DNA of 64,000 bases, from assembly GCA_963750165.1 (NCBI GenBank), contig CAVVPN010000003.1, positions 3,392,001 to 3,456,000 on the forward strand. The letters are read 5' to 3'. Every line of letters starts with the position of its first letter. Position 1 is the first letter of the stretch. Positions 30,325 to 40,081 of the stretch are shown here, piece by piece. The notes beneath the pieces were generated by a model, which was not told the DNA's origin, did no database searches, and worked only from the letters and a program-made list of their open reading frames with translations. Origin of the DNA: an uncultured Gemmataceae bacterium. Lineage in GTDB: Bacteria; Planctomycetota; Planctomycetia; Gemmatales; Gemmataceae. Position numbers and translations under genes: made by a program.

Positions 30325-33300
30325 CGTCGGCCAGCTGCTCAACACCTCCGTTGTGAACCTGAACCCCAGCGTCCAGGCGGTGGTGACCCCCAACCCCGCC
30401 ATCCCGGCCCTGACCCTGGACAACACCGGGTTCAACGTGTCCGGCCGCCTGATGAGCGGGGCCACCCCTGCGAACATCAACTTCAACAACGCGGTGCTGA
30501 GCTTCGTGGGCAACAACACGCCCGGCGTGCTCACAGCGGAGACTCTGGGGACGGTCACCTTGAATCCGGGCGCTTCGTTCATCAGTTCGGCGAACGGGCT
30601 GGGTGTGGGAGCCATGGCGCAACTAACGATCAATACCCTGAACCGCAATCAGGGCAGCACCCTGGGCTTCCTGCCGGGCGTCTCGCAAAACTTCAGCCAG
30701 AACATCAGCAACCTGAACACCCCCTTCAACCAGATTCTGGTCAACTCCTTCGGCCCGGGGGCCGCGATGGTCAACGGCATCCTGCCCTATGCCACAGTGG
30801 CGAGTGTCGGGGCCACCCCCAACCAGTTCGACTTCGCCACCACCGTCGCCGCAGGCACGGCCAGCAGCATCGCCGCCTTCACCAACTACAAGAGTTCGCT
30901 GGCGGCTGCCGGCCCGACCGACACCGTCCGGCTGACGGCCAGCGAGACCCTGGCCAGCAACAAGGTCGTCAACGCGATTCTTTTTGCCGGCACCACCACC
31001 AATAACGGCGTTGGCAGCATCACGATTAACCAGAACACCGGCTCCAACAACCTCTTCACCCTGGGCGTGACCAGCGGCGCCATCATGGCCATGGGTAACA
31101 ACACCCTGACCATCACCGGCGGGACGGTGGACTTCGGTTCGGCCGAGGGCATCCTCAACGAGAACAACGCCAACATCACGTTCAACAGTGCCATCGCTGG
31201 CACCAACGGCCTGACCATCAGCGCCACCGCGGCCGGCCAGATCGCTTTGAACCCCAGTTTCAACGGCAGCATTACCGGCGGCAACGGCGTCGGCAGCAAC
31301 ACCTACCTGGGCAACACCTGGATCAACGGCACCGGCACCGGCCTGGTGCTCACGAACTCCATCAGCGGGTTCAGCAATGGCACCGTGGTGATGACGGCCG
31401 GCGAACTGGGGAACAACAACAACGCCAACCTCGCCATCCCCAACCCCTTCGTCTTCAACAACAGTCTGGTGTCGCTGGGGGACAACAACCGCACGACCTT
31501 CACCGGCCCCATGACCTTGACGGGCACCAACACGTTCAGCCTGGCCAATTTCGGCAACGGCAACCAGAACCCGGTCGTCCTCGGCGGAGTCATCAGCGGC
31601 ACGGGTTCGCTCAATCTCATCCAGGGCGGCAACGGCCTCATCCTGGCCAACCCGGACAACATTTACTCGGGCGGCACGGGCCTGACCACGGGCGTCGGCG
31701 GCAGCAACGGCCAGCTGCAGGTCACCGCGAGCAGCGTGCTCGACAGCGCCGGCCATCTGCTCAGCGGCCCCCTCGGCACCGGGCCGCTCAACCTGATGGG
31801 CGGCGTCCTGCAGAACACCAACACCAACGGCAACACCACCGAGTATGGCGCGAACCTGGTGACGCTGTACAACGCGGTCAACATCCTCAGTACCCCGACC
31901 TCGATCAACAACGCCGCGGCCACCGGCCAGACCACCATCATCGGCGGCGGCAACGCCGACGGCGGCGGCGACATCAACCTCGCCGGCCCGGTCACCCTCG
32001 CGGGCAACACCAACACCATCTCGGTGTCGAACAACGTCAACTTCAGCATCTCCGGCGTGATTTCCGGCACCGGCGCCCTGACCAAGATCAACACCGGCCT
32101 GCTGTTCCTCGACGGGGCCAACACCTTCACCGGCGGCGACAACATCACGGCTGGCACGGTGATCGTGGGCAACAGCGCCGCCCTGGGCACCGGCCTGGTC
32201 ACCATCAACGGCGGCACCCTGCAGGACTCCGGCCGGAATTCCTACACGTTCGCCAACCAGGTGGTGATGAGCGGCGCCGCGACGATCAACGCCATCAACC
32301 CCGCGACCACCCTGACGTTCAGCGGCAACATCAGTGGCACGGGCGCGCTGACCAAGACCGGGCCAGGCAAGATCGCCCTCACCACCGCCGACACCTACAC
32401 CGGCGCCACCACGATCACCGGCGGCACCCTGGCGTTGAGCGGCGGCGGCGCCCTGCTGAACACCGCCAGCCTCGCCGTCAGCAACATCTCGGCACTGACG
32501 CCGGCCCCCAGCACTTACGTCGTGCCGTCGCCGGGCGGGGTCAACGCGGTGCAGACGCTGACCTTCAGCACCGGCATCACGGGCGGCACGTTCACGCTCA
32601 CCTTCAACGGCCTGACCACGGCCCCGATCACCTTTAGCGCGACCGCCGCCACCCTGGCCGCCAACATTCAGGCCGCCCTCACGGCGCTGCCGAACGTCGG
32701 GCCCAACAACACGCTGGTCGCCGGCACCGGGCCGTTCACCGTCACGTTCCAGAACGGCCTGGGCGGCACCAACGTGCCCACCCTGACGTTCAACGCCGCC
32801 GGCCTGGCGGGTGGCTCCATCACGTCCATCATCACCACGACCACCGGCGACACGGCCCAGACGAACAGCGTCGGCGGCACGCTGACGCTGGACAACACCG
32901 CCGGCAACAATATCAACCGGCTCAACGACGCCGCCGCCATCACGCTGGCCGGCGGCACCCTCAACGTCCTGGGCGCTGCCAACGCCGCCTCGACCGAATT
33001 GATCGGCGCCATCACGCTGAACGCCGGGCAGTCGCAAATCCAGACGACCGCAGGCACCGGCGGGAGTATCGCCCTGACCAGTAGCGCCACCCTGACCCGG
33101 AACGCCGGCTCTGACATCAACTTCGTGGCCGGCGGCGGCCAGACGCTCGGCAGCGCCACCAACCAGATCATCTTCAACGTGGCGCCGACGACGCTGCTGA
33201 CCGGGACCACCAACGGTATCGTCAAGGCCGCCACGGTCACCGACGCGGCCACGGGCGGCTTCAACCTGGCAACGGCCACCGGCACCACCACGTCCAGCAT

Positions 33301-36300
33301 CGCCGCCGTGACCACCTACCAGACCCTGATGGCCGGGGGCGGCAACGCGGCCACCGATAATGTGTTGGTGACCGCCAGCACGGCCATGACCGCCGCGGAC
33401 ACCGTCCAGGCCATCCTGATCCGCGGCGACAGCATCACGGTGAGCGGCAGTGCCCTGACGGTCGGCAGCGGCCTGATCGCCAGCTCGGGCGGCACCACCA
33501 CCGGCGACACCATTTCGGCCCCGGTGACGCTGGCCGCCGTCGAGGGCGTGATCGTGAACGGCGCCGGCTCGACGCTGAACCTCACCGGCGCCATCACCGG
33601 CACCGCCGGCATCACCTTCGGCGGCAGCGGCACGACGAACGTCGGGGTGGCGAACACCTACACCGGGACCACCACCCTCAACAGCGGCACCCTGGGCCTT
33701 GGCATCGCCACCGCCCTCGCCAGCGGCACCGGCCAGGTCAACGTGGACGGCGGCACGCTCCAGACCACGGCGGCCGGTCTGACCATCGCCAACCCCGTCG
33801 CGCTGAACACCGGCCCCGGCGCACTCACCGTCACGGGGACGAACAGTCTGACTTTGAGTGGCGTCCTGAGCGGCGCCGGTTCGCTGATCGAAAACATGCC
33901 CGCCGTCACCAGCACCATCGCCGCTTCCCCAACAGGGGCCACCGAGACCGGCGCCCAGGTGACCATCACTACCACGGCCGCGCACCCCTTCGTGGTCGGG
34001 GAGACGGTCACGATTGCTGGCGTCGGTGTCACCGGCTTCAACGGCACCTTCGAGATCACCTCGGTGCCGTCCACCACGTCCTTCACCTACACGGACCCCA
34101 ACGTGGGTCTGGCCGCTTCGGGCGGCGGCACCGCGACCGCAACGGCCGCGCTCACCCTGGCCGGCGCCGCGGCCAACACCTTCACCGGCAGCACCATTGT
34201 GGACAACGGCGCTCTGGTCCTGGGCAAGACCGCAGCCGTGGGGGCCGTGGTCGGGCCACTGGTCATCGGCGACGGCGTCGGCGGCACCAACGCCGACGCG
34301 GTCATCCAGACCGGCCAGTCCGGCCAGGTGACCAACTCCGTGGTGGTCAACAGCTCCGGCGTGTTGAACCTGATCGGGGTCAACGATACCCTCGCCAGTC
34401 TGCTGCTGAACGGCGGCAACGTGAGCACGCTGCCGGTGGCGGCCGCGGCCGCGTTTGGCACCCTGACCCTCGGCGCCAACGTCGAGAGCCTGGCCGCCGC
34501 CACGCCAGCGTCAATCAGCGGCCTGCTCGTGCTGAACGGCAACCGCATCTTCGATGTCAACCCGGGCGGCAGCGGCAACGACCTGAACGTCTCGTCCCTG
34601 ATCTCCGGCGGCAATGAAATCACCAAGACCGGCACCGGCACCTTGACCTTCAACGGCTACCAGGCCAACACCTACTCCGGCCAGACCACTGTCGCGGAAG
34701 GCACGCTGAACCTCGGCATGCAGGGCAACCTGCCGGCGTACGCGGGGCCGCTGGTGGTCGGCGATTACGGCAACACCGCCACGGTCCAGATCACGACGCC
34801 CTTCAACCAGACGAACTCGGGCCAGAGCGTGTACGTCACCAATTCCGGCGTCCTGGACCTCAGCGCGACGCCGGTGTCGCAGACCATCGGCACGCTGGAA
34901 GTGCGCGGCGGCAGCGTGAATGGCCCCGCCAACAACATCGTGCAGGACATCGTCCTCAACGCCACCAACACCACGGTCACCGGCGGCACCTTCACGCTCT
35001 CCTTCAACGGCCAGACCACGCCCGCCATCGCCCAGAACGGTGCCATCGTTGCCTCGGCCAACGGGGCCGTCGTGGACGGTTCTGGCAACGTGACGATCGT
35101 GACCACGGGCGTGCACGGCTTTACCGTCGGCCAGATGGTCACGATCGCCGGGGTGGGTGTGGCCGCTTACAACGGCACCTACATGATCACGGCCGTGCCC
35201 ACGCCCTTCACCTTCACCTACATGGACACTGCCGCCATCGGTTCGGCGGCTTCGGGCGGCGGCACCGTGAATCTCGCCACCATTGCCACCGGGGGTGCCG
35301 TCGAGTTGGGCAACGTCGTGACGATCACCACCGCCGCCGCCCACGGCTTCACGGTCGGGCAGACGGTCATGATCCAGGGCATTACGCCGACCGGCTACAA
35401 CGGCATCTACACGATCACGGCCGTGCCCACCCCGACCTCGTTCACCTATACGAGCCCCTACTACGGCCTGGCCAATTCGACCGCGGCGGGGACCGCGTTC
35501 CTGGCGACCAATTCGGCCCTGGCCATCCAGAACGCGCTGAGCCAGCTGCCGAACGTCGGCGCCGGCAATGTCACCGTCACCCCCATCCAGGGGATCGGAC
35601 TCAACTTCCAGGTGACCTTCCAGGGCAACCTGTTGACGGGATCGACGGTCCCGCTCCTGAGCCTGGCCAGCGTCCCGACCGGCGCCGCGAACGCCACGGC
35701 CAATGTCGGCCCCGCCCTGGTGGTCACCGGCGCCACCGTGACCGGTCTGGCCTCCACCACGTCGGGCTCGATCAGCAGCAACCTCCTGCTGAACAACAAC
35801 CCGACGGGCTTCAACGTCGCCGACAGCGGCTCCGTCCAGGCCCTGAACATCTCAGGCGCCATCGTGAACAACACGGGGGCCGCCGTCGGCATCACCAAGA
35901 GCGGCGCCGGCACCCTGGTACTCAGTGGCAACCTGCCCAACACCTACTCCGGCACCCAGACGGTCACCGTCGCCGGCACGTCCACGAATAACGTGGGCAC
36001 CTACGTCCAGTCGGGCACGCTGCTCCTCGCGGACACGGGCGGCCTGGCCCTGCCCAGCACCACCGTGGTCGTCGGCGATGGCCTGGCCGGGTCGGGGACG
36101 ACCAAGGGCGCCACGCTGCGCTACCAGGCCACCTTCCAGTCCATCGTCTTCGGCACCAACGTCACCGGCGGCACGTTCGCCCTGACCTTCAACGGCCAGA
36201 CGACCGCCGCCATCAGCTGGAGCACGACCGCCGCCACCCTGGCGAGCAACATCCAGTCCGCGCTGGCGGCGTTGTCGAACGTCGGCACCGGCAACGTGAC

Positions 36301-39300
36301 CGTCACCGGCACCGGGCCGTTCACGGTCACCTTCGCCCCCAGTGTTGCCAACCAAACCCCGATGTTCGTGGCCAGCAACCTGCTCACGCCCTCCGGCACG
36401 GCCATCAGCGTCAACTCCCAGCTGCCCGCGAACGCCGGCGTCCAGGTGAATTCCAGTGGGCTGTATGATTTGAACGGCAACGCGAACCAGATCCTCAGCG
36501 GGTCTATCCTGCCGCAGGTGCTGGGCGCCACCACCACCGCGTTGAACATCAGCGGCGGCACCGTGAGCACGGGGTCCACCGGGTTGCTGACGCTCGGCGG
36601 CAACGTGTTCGGCCAGGCCAACCTGAGCAACGTGGTCCCCGCGACGATCAACGGCAACCTGTCGCTGGGCGGCGTGACCCGCCTGGTGGACGTTCAGGCA
36701 GGCGCCCTCCCCGGCGCCCCGAACGACATGATTATCAACGCTCAGATCAGCAACGGCGGCGCCGCGGCGGGCCTGAACAAGCTGGACGCCGGCAAGCTCC
36801 AGCTGGCGGGCAACAACACCTACACCGGCCCGACCACCGTCAGCGCGGGCACCCTGCTCATCGACGGCACGCAGCCGAACAGCCCGGTCACCGTCCTCAC
36901 GGGCGCCATCCTGGGCGGCACCGGCACGGCGGGCGGCATCACCACCCTGGGCGGCACGGTGAATCCGGGCGACCCCATCACCAGCAAGGCCACCCTGAAC
37001 GCTGGGGCGACGAACCTCAGCAGCGGCAACCTCACCGTGCAACTGTCGGGATCGACCGGCAGTTTCAGTTCCGACCTGTTGAACCTGGGCAGCAACATCC
37101 TGACGCTGGGCGGCAGTTCGACCTTGACGGTGGACCTCGCCGGCCTGACGACGACGACGGGGGCGCCGATCACCGTCATCCAGGATGGCGGCAACACCGG
37201 GACGTTCACGCACGTCCTCGTCACCAACAACCCGAACAACTTCCAGGTCAGCGTGAGTTACACCGCCAACGCCGTGAAGGTCACCGTCAACGCCGCCCCC
37301 GCCACCCACTTCACCGTCACCGCCCCCAGCAGCGCCAGCAGGGGCGTGGCGTTCGACATCACGGTCACGGCCCTGGACTCCTTCAACAACGTGGCGACGG
37401 GCTACGTGGGGACGGTACACTTCACGACGACGGACATGGGCATGGGCGTGGTAGTCCCGGCGAACTATACGTTCGTGGCCGGCGACAACGGCGTGCATAC
37501 CTTCACGGGCGGTGTTACGCTCGTGACCGCCGGCAACCAGACCGTCACCGCCACCGACACCACCACCAGCACGATCACCGGCACCAGCGCCGCCATCGCC
37601 GTCACCGCCCCCGCCGCGGCCACGCATTTCGGCGTCACCGCCCCGGCCACGGCCTCGGTCGGTAGCGCCGTCAGCTTCACGGTGACGGCCCTGGACGCCT
37701 CCAACAATCCGACCACGGGCTACACCGGCACCGTCCACTTCACCAGCACCGACGGCACCGCCACGTTGCCCGCCAACGCCATGCTGACCAACGGCGTGGG
37801 CACCTTCAACGTCACCTTCCAGACGGCCGGCAACCAGACCGTCACCGCCACCGACACCACCACCAGCTCCATCACCGGCACCAGCAACACGGTCATGGTC
37901 AGCACCTCCTCCAACCCCGCCACGCACTTCCTGGTGAGTGCCCCGAGCAGCGCCACGGCGGGCGCGGCCTTCAGCTTCACCGTGACCGCCCTGGACGCCT
38001 CCAACAACCCGGTCTCGGGTTACCTGGGGACGGTACACTTCACCAAGAGCGACAGCGGCACCGGCTCGGCCGTGCCCGCCGACTACACCTTCGTGGTCGG
38101 CGACCACGGCGTCCACACCTTCACGGGCGGTGCCACCTTCGTCACCGCCGGCAGCCAGACGCTGACGGCCACCGACACCGTGACCAGCACGATCACCGGC
38201 AGCGCCACCGTGACTGTCGCCGGCGCCACCGCCGCCACCTTCACGGTCAGCGCCCCGAGCAGTGCCACCGCCGGCACGGCCTTCCTCTTCACCGTGACCG
38301 CCAAGGACAGCTTCGGCAACACCGCCACGGGCTACGCCGGCACGATCCACTTCACCAGCACCGACGCCGCCGCCATCCTGCCCGCCAACGCCACGCTCAC
38401 CAACGGCACCAGCGCCTTCATCGCCACCATGAAGACGACCGGCAGCCAGACGCTGACGGCCACCGACACCATGACGAGCACGATCAACGGCACCAGCGGT
38501 ACGATTACCGTCAGCGCCGCCGCGGCGACGACGTTCACGGTGACCGCCCCGGCCACGGCCACGGCGGGCGCGGCCTTCAACCTCACCGTCACGGCCAAGG
38601 ACGCCTACGGCAACACGGCGACCGGCTACGTCGGCACCGTCCACTTCACCAAGTCCGACAGCGGCACCGGCGCCACGGTCCCCGTGGATTACACCTTCGT
38701 GGCCGGCGACCACGGCGTGCATACCTTCACAGGCGGCGTCACGCTTGTGACCGCCGGCAGCCAGACCGTCACCGCCACCGACACCACCACCAGCAGCCTC
38801 ACCGGCACCAGTGGCCCGATTACCGTCAGCGCGGCGACAGTGGCGGCGTTCGCGGTGACGGCCCCGACCAGCGCCAAGGCGGGCGTGGCCTTCACCTTCG
38901 TCGTCACGGCCAAGGACGCCTTCGGCAACACGGTCACCGGCTACCTCGGCACCGTCCACTTCACGAAGACGGACGCGGGCACGGGCTCGGCGGTGCCGGC
39001 GAACTACACGTTCGTGGCCGGCGACAGCGGCATGCACACCTTCACGGGCGGCGCCACCCTCGTCACCGTCGGCAGCCAGACCATCAGCGCCACCGACACG
39101 GTGACCAGCAGCATCACCGGCACCAGCGCCGCCATCGCCGTCAGCGCCGCCGCTGCCAGCCACTTCACGGTCAGCGCCCCGGCCACGGCCAACGCGGGCA
39201 CGGCCATCAGCTTCACGGTGACGGCCCTGGACGCCTTCAACAACACCGCCACCGACTACAGCGGCACCATCCACTTCACCAGCACCGACGTCAAGGCCGT

Positions 39301-40081
39301 CCTGCCCGCCGACGCCATCCTCACCAACGGCACCGGCACCTTCAGCGCCACCCTGAAGACTGCGGGCAACCAGACGCTGACCGCCACCGACACGTTCACC
39401 AGCAGCATCACCGGCACCAGCGCCGCCATCGCCGTCAGCGCCGTCGCCCTGGACCATTTCCTGGTCAGCGCCCCGGCCGGCGCCACCACGGGCACCGCCT
39501 TCTCCTTCACCGTCACCGCCGTGGACGCCTACAACAACGCCACCTCCGGTTACAGCGGCACCGTCCACTTCACCAGCAGCGACGCCGCCGCCGTCTTGCC
39601 GGCCAACAGCATGCTGACCAACGGCGTCGGCACCTTCAGCGCCACCCTGAACACCAGCGGCGCCCAGACCCTGACCGCCACTGACACCGTCACCAGCAGC
39701 CTGACCGGCACCAGCACTGCCATCGCCGTGCGCAGGCCTGGTGGTCACCACCTTCACGCCCACGGCCACCGGCTTCACCGTCGCCTTCAGCAAACCGTTC
39801 GTCAACAGCAGTGCCAGCCCGATCAACCTCTACGACGCCGGCTCCGCCGGCTACGGCGCCGCCGACGTCACCCTGGTCGGCACGTCCGGCACCATCAAGG
39901 GCTCGCTCGTCATCGATCCGAGCAACCAGAGCTTCACCTTCCTCAAGACCGATGTCGTGGCTGGCGGCGGCACCACCGGTCTGCTACCAGCCGGCACCTA
40001 CACGGCGACCATCGTCAGCGGCAGCACTGCCTTCAAGGACGCCACCGGCGCCCCGCTCGACGGCAACAACGACGGCATTAA
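30239..40081 (+). CDS. Giant adhesin segment 3: end of beta-helix plus 8 Ig-like repeats
   Basis: Beta-helix repeats run to ~37280 and include the terminal GAILGGTG..GGTVNPG motif. ATHF.V.AP...YxGTVHFT repeats follow at ~37295-39730. Residues after ~39731 are out of frame. Confidence 0.85.
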   Translation: MGIGQLQLGAPDSYSGATTVAAGTLVLNNVGQLLNTSVVNLNPSVQAVVTPNPAIPALTLDNTGFNVSGRLMSGATPANINFNNAVLSFVGNNTPGVLTAETLGTVTLNPGASFISSANGLGVGAMAQLTINTLNRNQGSTLGFLPGVSQNFSQNISNLNTPFNQILVNSFGPGAAMVNGILPYATVASVGATPNQFDFATTVAAGTASSIAAFTNYKSSLAAAGPTDTVRLTASETLASNKVVNAILFAGTTTNNGVGSITINQNTGSNNLFTLGVTSGAIMAMGNNTLTITGGTVDFGSAEGILNENNANITFNSAIAGTNGLTISATAAGQIALNPSFNGSITGGNGVGSNTYLGNTWINGTGTGLVLTNSISGFSNGTVVMTAGELGNNNNANLAIPNPFVFNNSLVSLGDNNRTTFTGPMTLTGTNTFSLANFGNGNQNPVVLGGVISGTGSLNLIQGGNGLILANPDNIYSGGTGLTTGVGGSNGQLQVTASSVLDSAGHLLSGPLGTGPLNLMGGVLQNTNTNGNTTEYGANLVTLYNAVNILSTPTSINNAAATGQTTIIGGGNADGGGDINLAGPVTLAGNTNTISVSNNVNFSISGVISGTGALTKINTGLLFLDGANTFTGGDNITAGTVIVGNSAALGTGLVTINGGTLQDSGRNSYTFANQVVMSGAATINAINPATTLTFSGNISGTGALTKTGPGKIALTTADTYTGATTITGGTLALSGGGALLNTASLAVSNISALTPAPSTYVVPSPGGVNAVQTLTFSTGITGGTFTLTFNGLTTAPITFSATAATLAANIQAALTALPNVGPNNTLVAGTGPFTVTFQNGLGGTNVPTLTFNAAGLAGGSITSIITTTTGDTAQTNSVGGTLTLDNTAGNNINRLNDAAAITLAGGTLNVLGAANAASTELIGAITLNAGQSQIQTTAGTGGSIALTSSATLTRNAGSDINFVAGGGQTLGSATNQIIFNVAPTTLLTGTTNGIVKAATVTDAATGGFNLATATGTTTSSIAAVTTYQTLMAGGGNAATDNVLVTASTAMTAADTVQAILIRGDSITVSGSALTVGSGLIASSGGTTTGDTISAPVTLAAVEGVIVNGAGSTLNLTGAITGTAGITFGGSGTTNVGVANTYTGTTTLNSGTLGLGIATALASGTGQVNVDGGTLQTTAAGLTIANPVALNTGPGALTVTGTNSLTLSGVLSGAGSLIENMPAVTSTIAASPTGATETGAQVTITTTAAHPFVVGETVTIAGVGVTGFNGTFEITSVPSTTSFTYTDPNVGLAASGGGTATATAALTLAGAAANTFTGSTIVDNGALVLGKTAAVGAVVGPLVIGDGVGGTNADAVIQTGQSGQVTNSVVVNSSGVLNLIGVNDTLASLLLNGGNVSTLPVAAAAAFGTLTLGANVESLAAATPASISGLLVLNGNRIFDVNPGGSGNDLNVSSLISGGNEITKTGTGTLTFNGYQANTYSGQTTVAEGTLNLGMQGNLPAYAGPLVVGDYGNTATVQITTPFNQTNSGQSVYVTNSGVLDLSATPVSQTIGTLEVRGGSVNGPANNIVQDIVLNATNTTVTGGTFTLSFNGQTTPAIAQNGAIVASANGAVVDGSGNVTIVTTGVHGFTVGQMVTIAGVGVAAYNGTYMITAVPTPFTFTYMDTAAIGSAASGGGTVNLATIATGGAVELGNVVTITTAAAHGFTVGQTVMIQGITPTGYNGIYTITAVPTPTSFTYTSPYYGLANSTAAGTAFLATNSALAIQNALSQLPNVGAGNVTVTPIQGIGLNFQVTFQGNLLTGSTVPLLSLASVPTGAANATANVGPALVVTGATVTGLASTTSGSISSNLLLNNNPTGFNVADSGSVQALNISGAIVNNTGAAVGITKSGAGTLVLSGNLPNTYSGTQTVTVAGTSTNNVGTYVQSGTLLLADTGGLALPSTTVVVGDGLAGSGTTKGATLRYQATFQSIVFGTNVTGGTFALTFNGQTTAAISWSTTAATLASNIQSALAALSNVGTGNVTVTGTGPFTVTFAPSVANQTPMFVASNLLTPSGTAISVNSQLPANAGVQVNSSGLYDLNGNANQILSGSILPQVLGATTTALNISGGTVSTGSTGLLTLGGNVFGQANLSNVVPATINGNLSLGGVTRLVDVQAGALPGAPNDMIINAQISNGGAAAGLNKLDAGKLQLAGNNTYTGPTTVSAGTLLIDGTQPNSPVTVLTGAILGGTGTAGGITTLGGTVNPGDPITSKATLNAGATNLSSGNLTVQLSGSTGSFSSDLLNLGSNILTLGGSSTLTVDLAGLTTTTGAPITVIQDGGNTGTFTHVLVTNNPNNFQVSVSYTANAVKVTVNAAPATHFTVTAPSSASRGVAFDITVTALDSFNNVATGYVGTVHFTTTDMGMGVVVPANYTFVAGDNGVHTFTGGVTLVTAGNQTVTATDTTTSTITGTSAAIAVTAPAAATHFGVTAPATASVGSAVSFTVTALDASNNPTTGYTGTVHFTSTDGTATLPANAMLTNGVGTFNVTFQTAGNQTVTATDTTTSSITGTSNTVMVSTSSNPATHFLVSAPSSATAGAAFSFTVTALDASNNPVSGYLGTVHFTKSDSGTGSAVPADYTFVVGDHGVHTFTGGATFVTAGSQTLTATDTVTSTITGSATVTVAGATAATFTVSAPSSATAGTAFLFTVTAKDSFGNTATGYAGTIHFTSTDAAAILPANATLTNGTSAFIATMKTTGSQTLTATDTMTSTINGTSGTITVSAAAATTFTVTAPATATAGAAFNLTVTAKDAYGNTATGYVGTVHFTKSDSGTGATVPVDYTFVAGDHGVHTFTGGVTLVTAGSQTVTATDTTTSSLTGTSGPITVSAATVAAFAVTAPTSAKAGVAFTFVVTAKDAFGNTVTGYLGTVHFTKTDAGTGSAVPANYTFVAGDSGMHTFTGGATLVTVGSQTISATDTVTSSITGTSAAIAVSAAAASHFTVSAPATANAGTAISFTVTALDAFNNTATDYSGTIHFTSTDVKAVLPADAILTNGTGTFSATLKTAGNQTLTATDTFTSSITGTSAAIAVSAVALDHFLVSAPAGATTGTAFSFTVTAVDAYNNATSGYSGTVHFTSSDAAAVLPANSMLTNGVGTFSATLNTSGAQTLTATDTVTSSLTGTSTAIAVRRPGGHHLHAHGHRLHRRLQQTVRQQQCQPDQPLRRRLRRLRRRRRHPGRHVRHHQGLARHRSEQPELHLPQDRCRGWRRHHRSATSRHLHGDHRQRQHCLQGRHRRPARRQQRRH

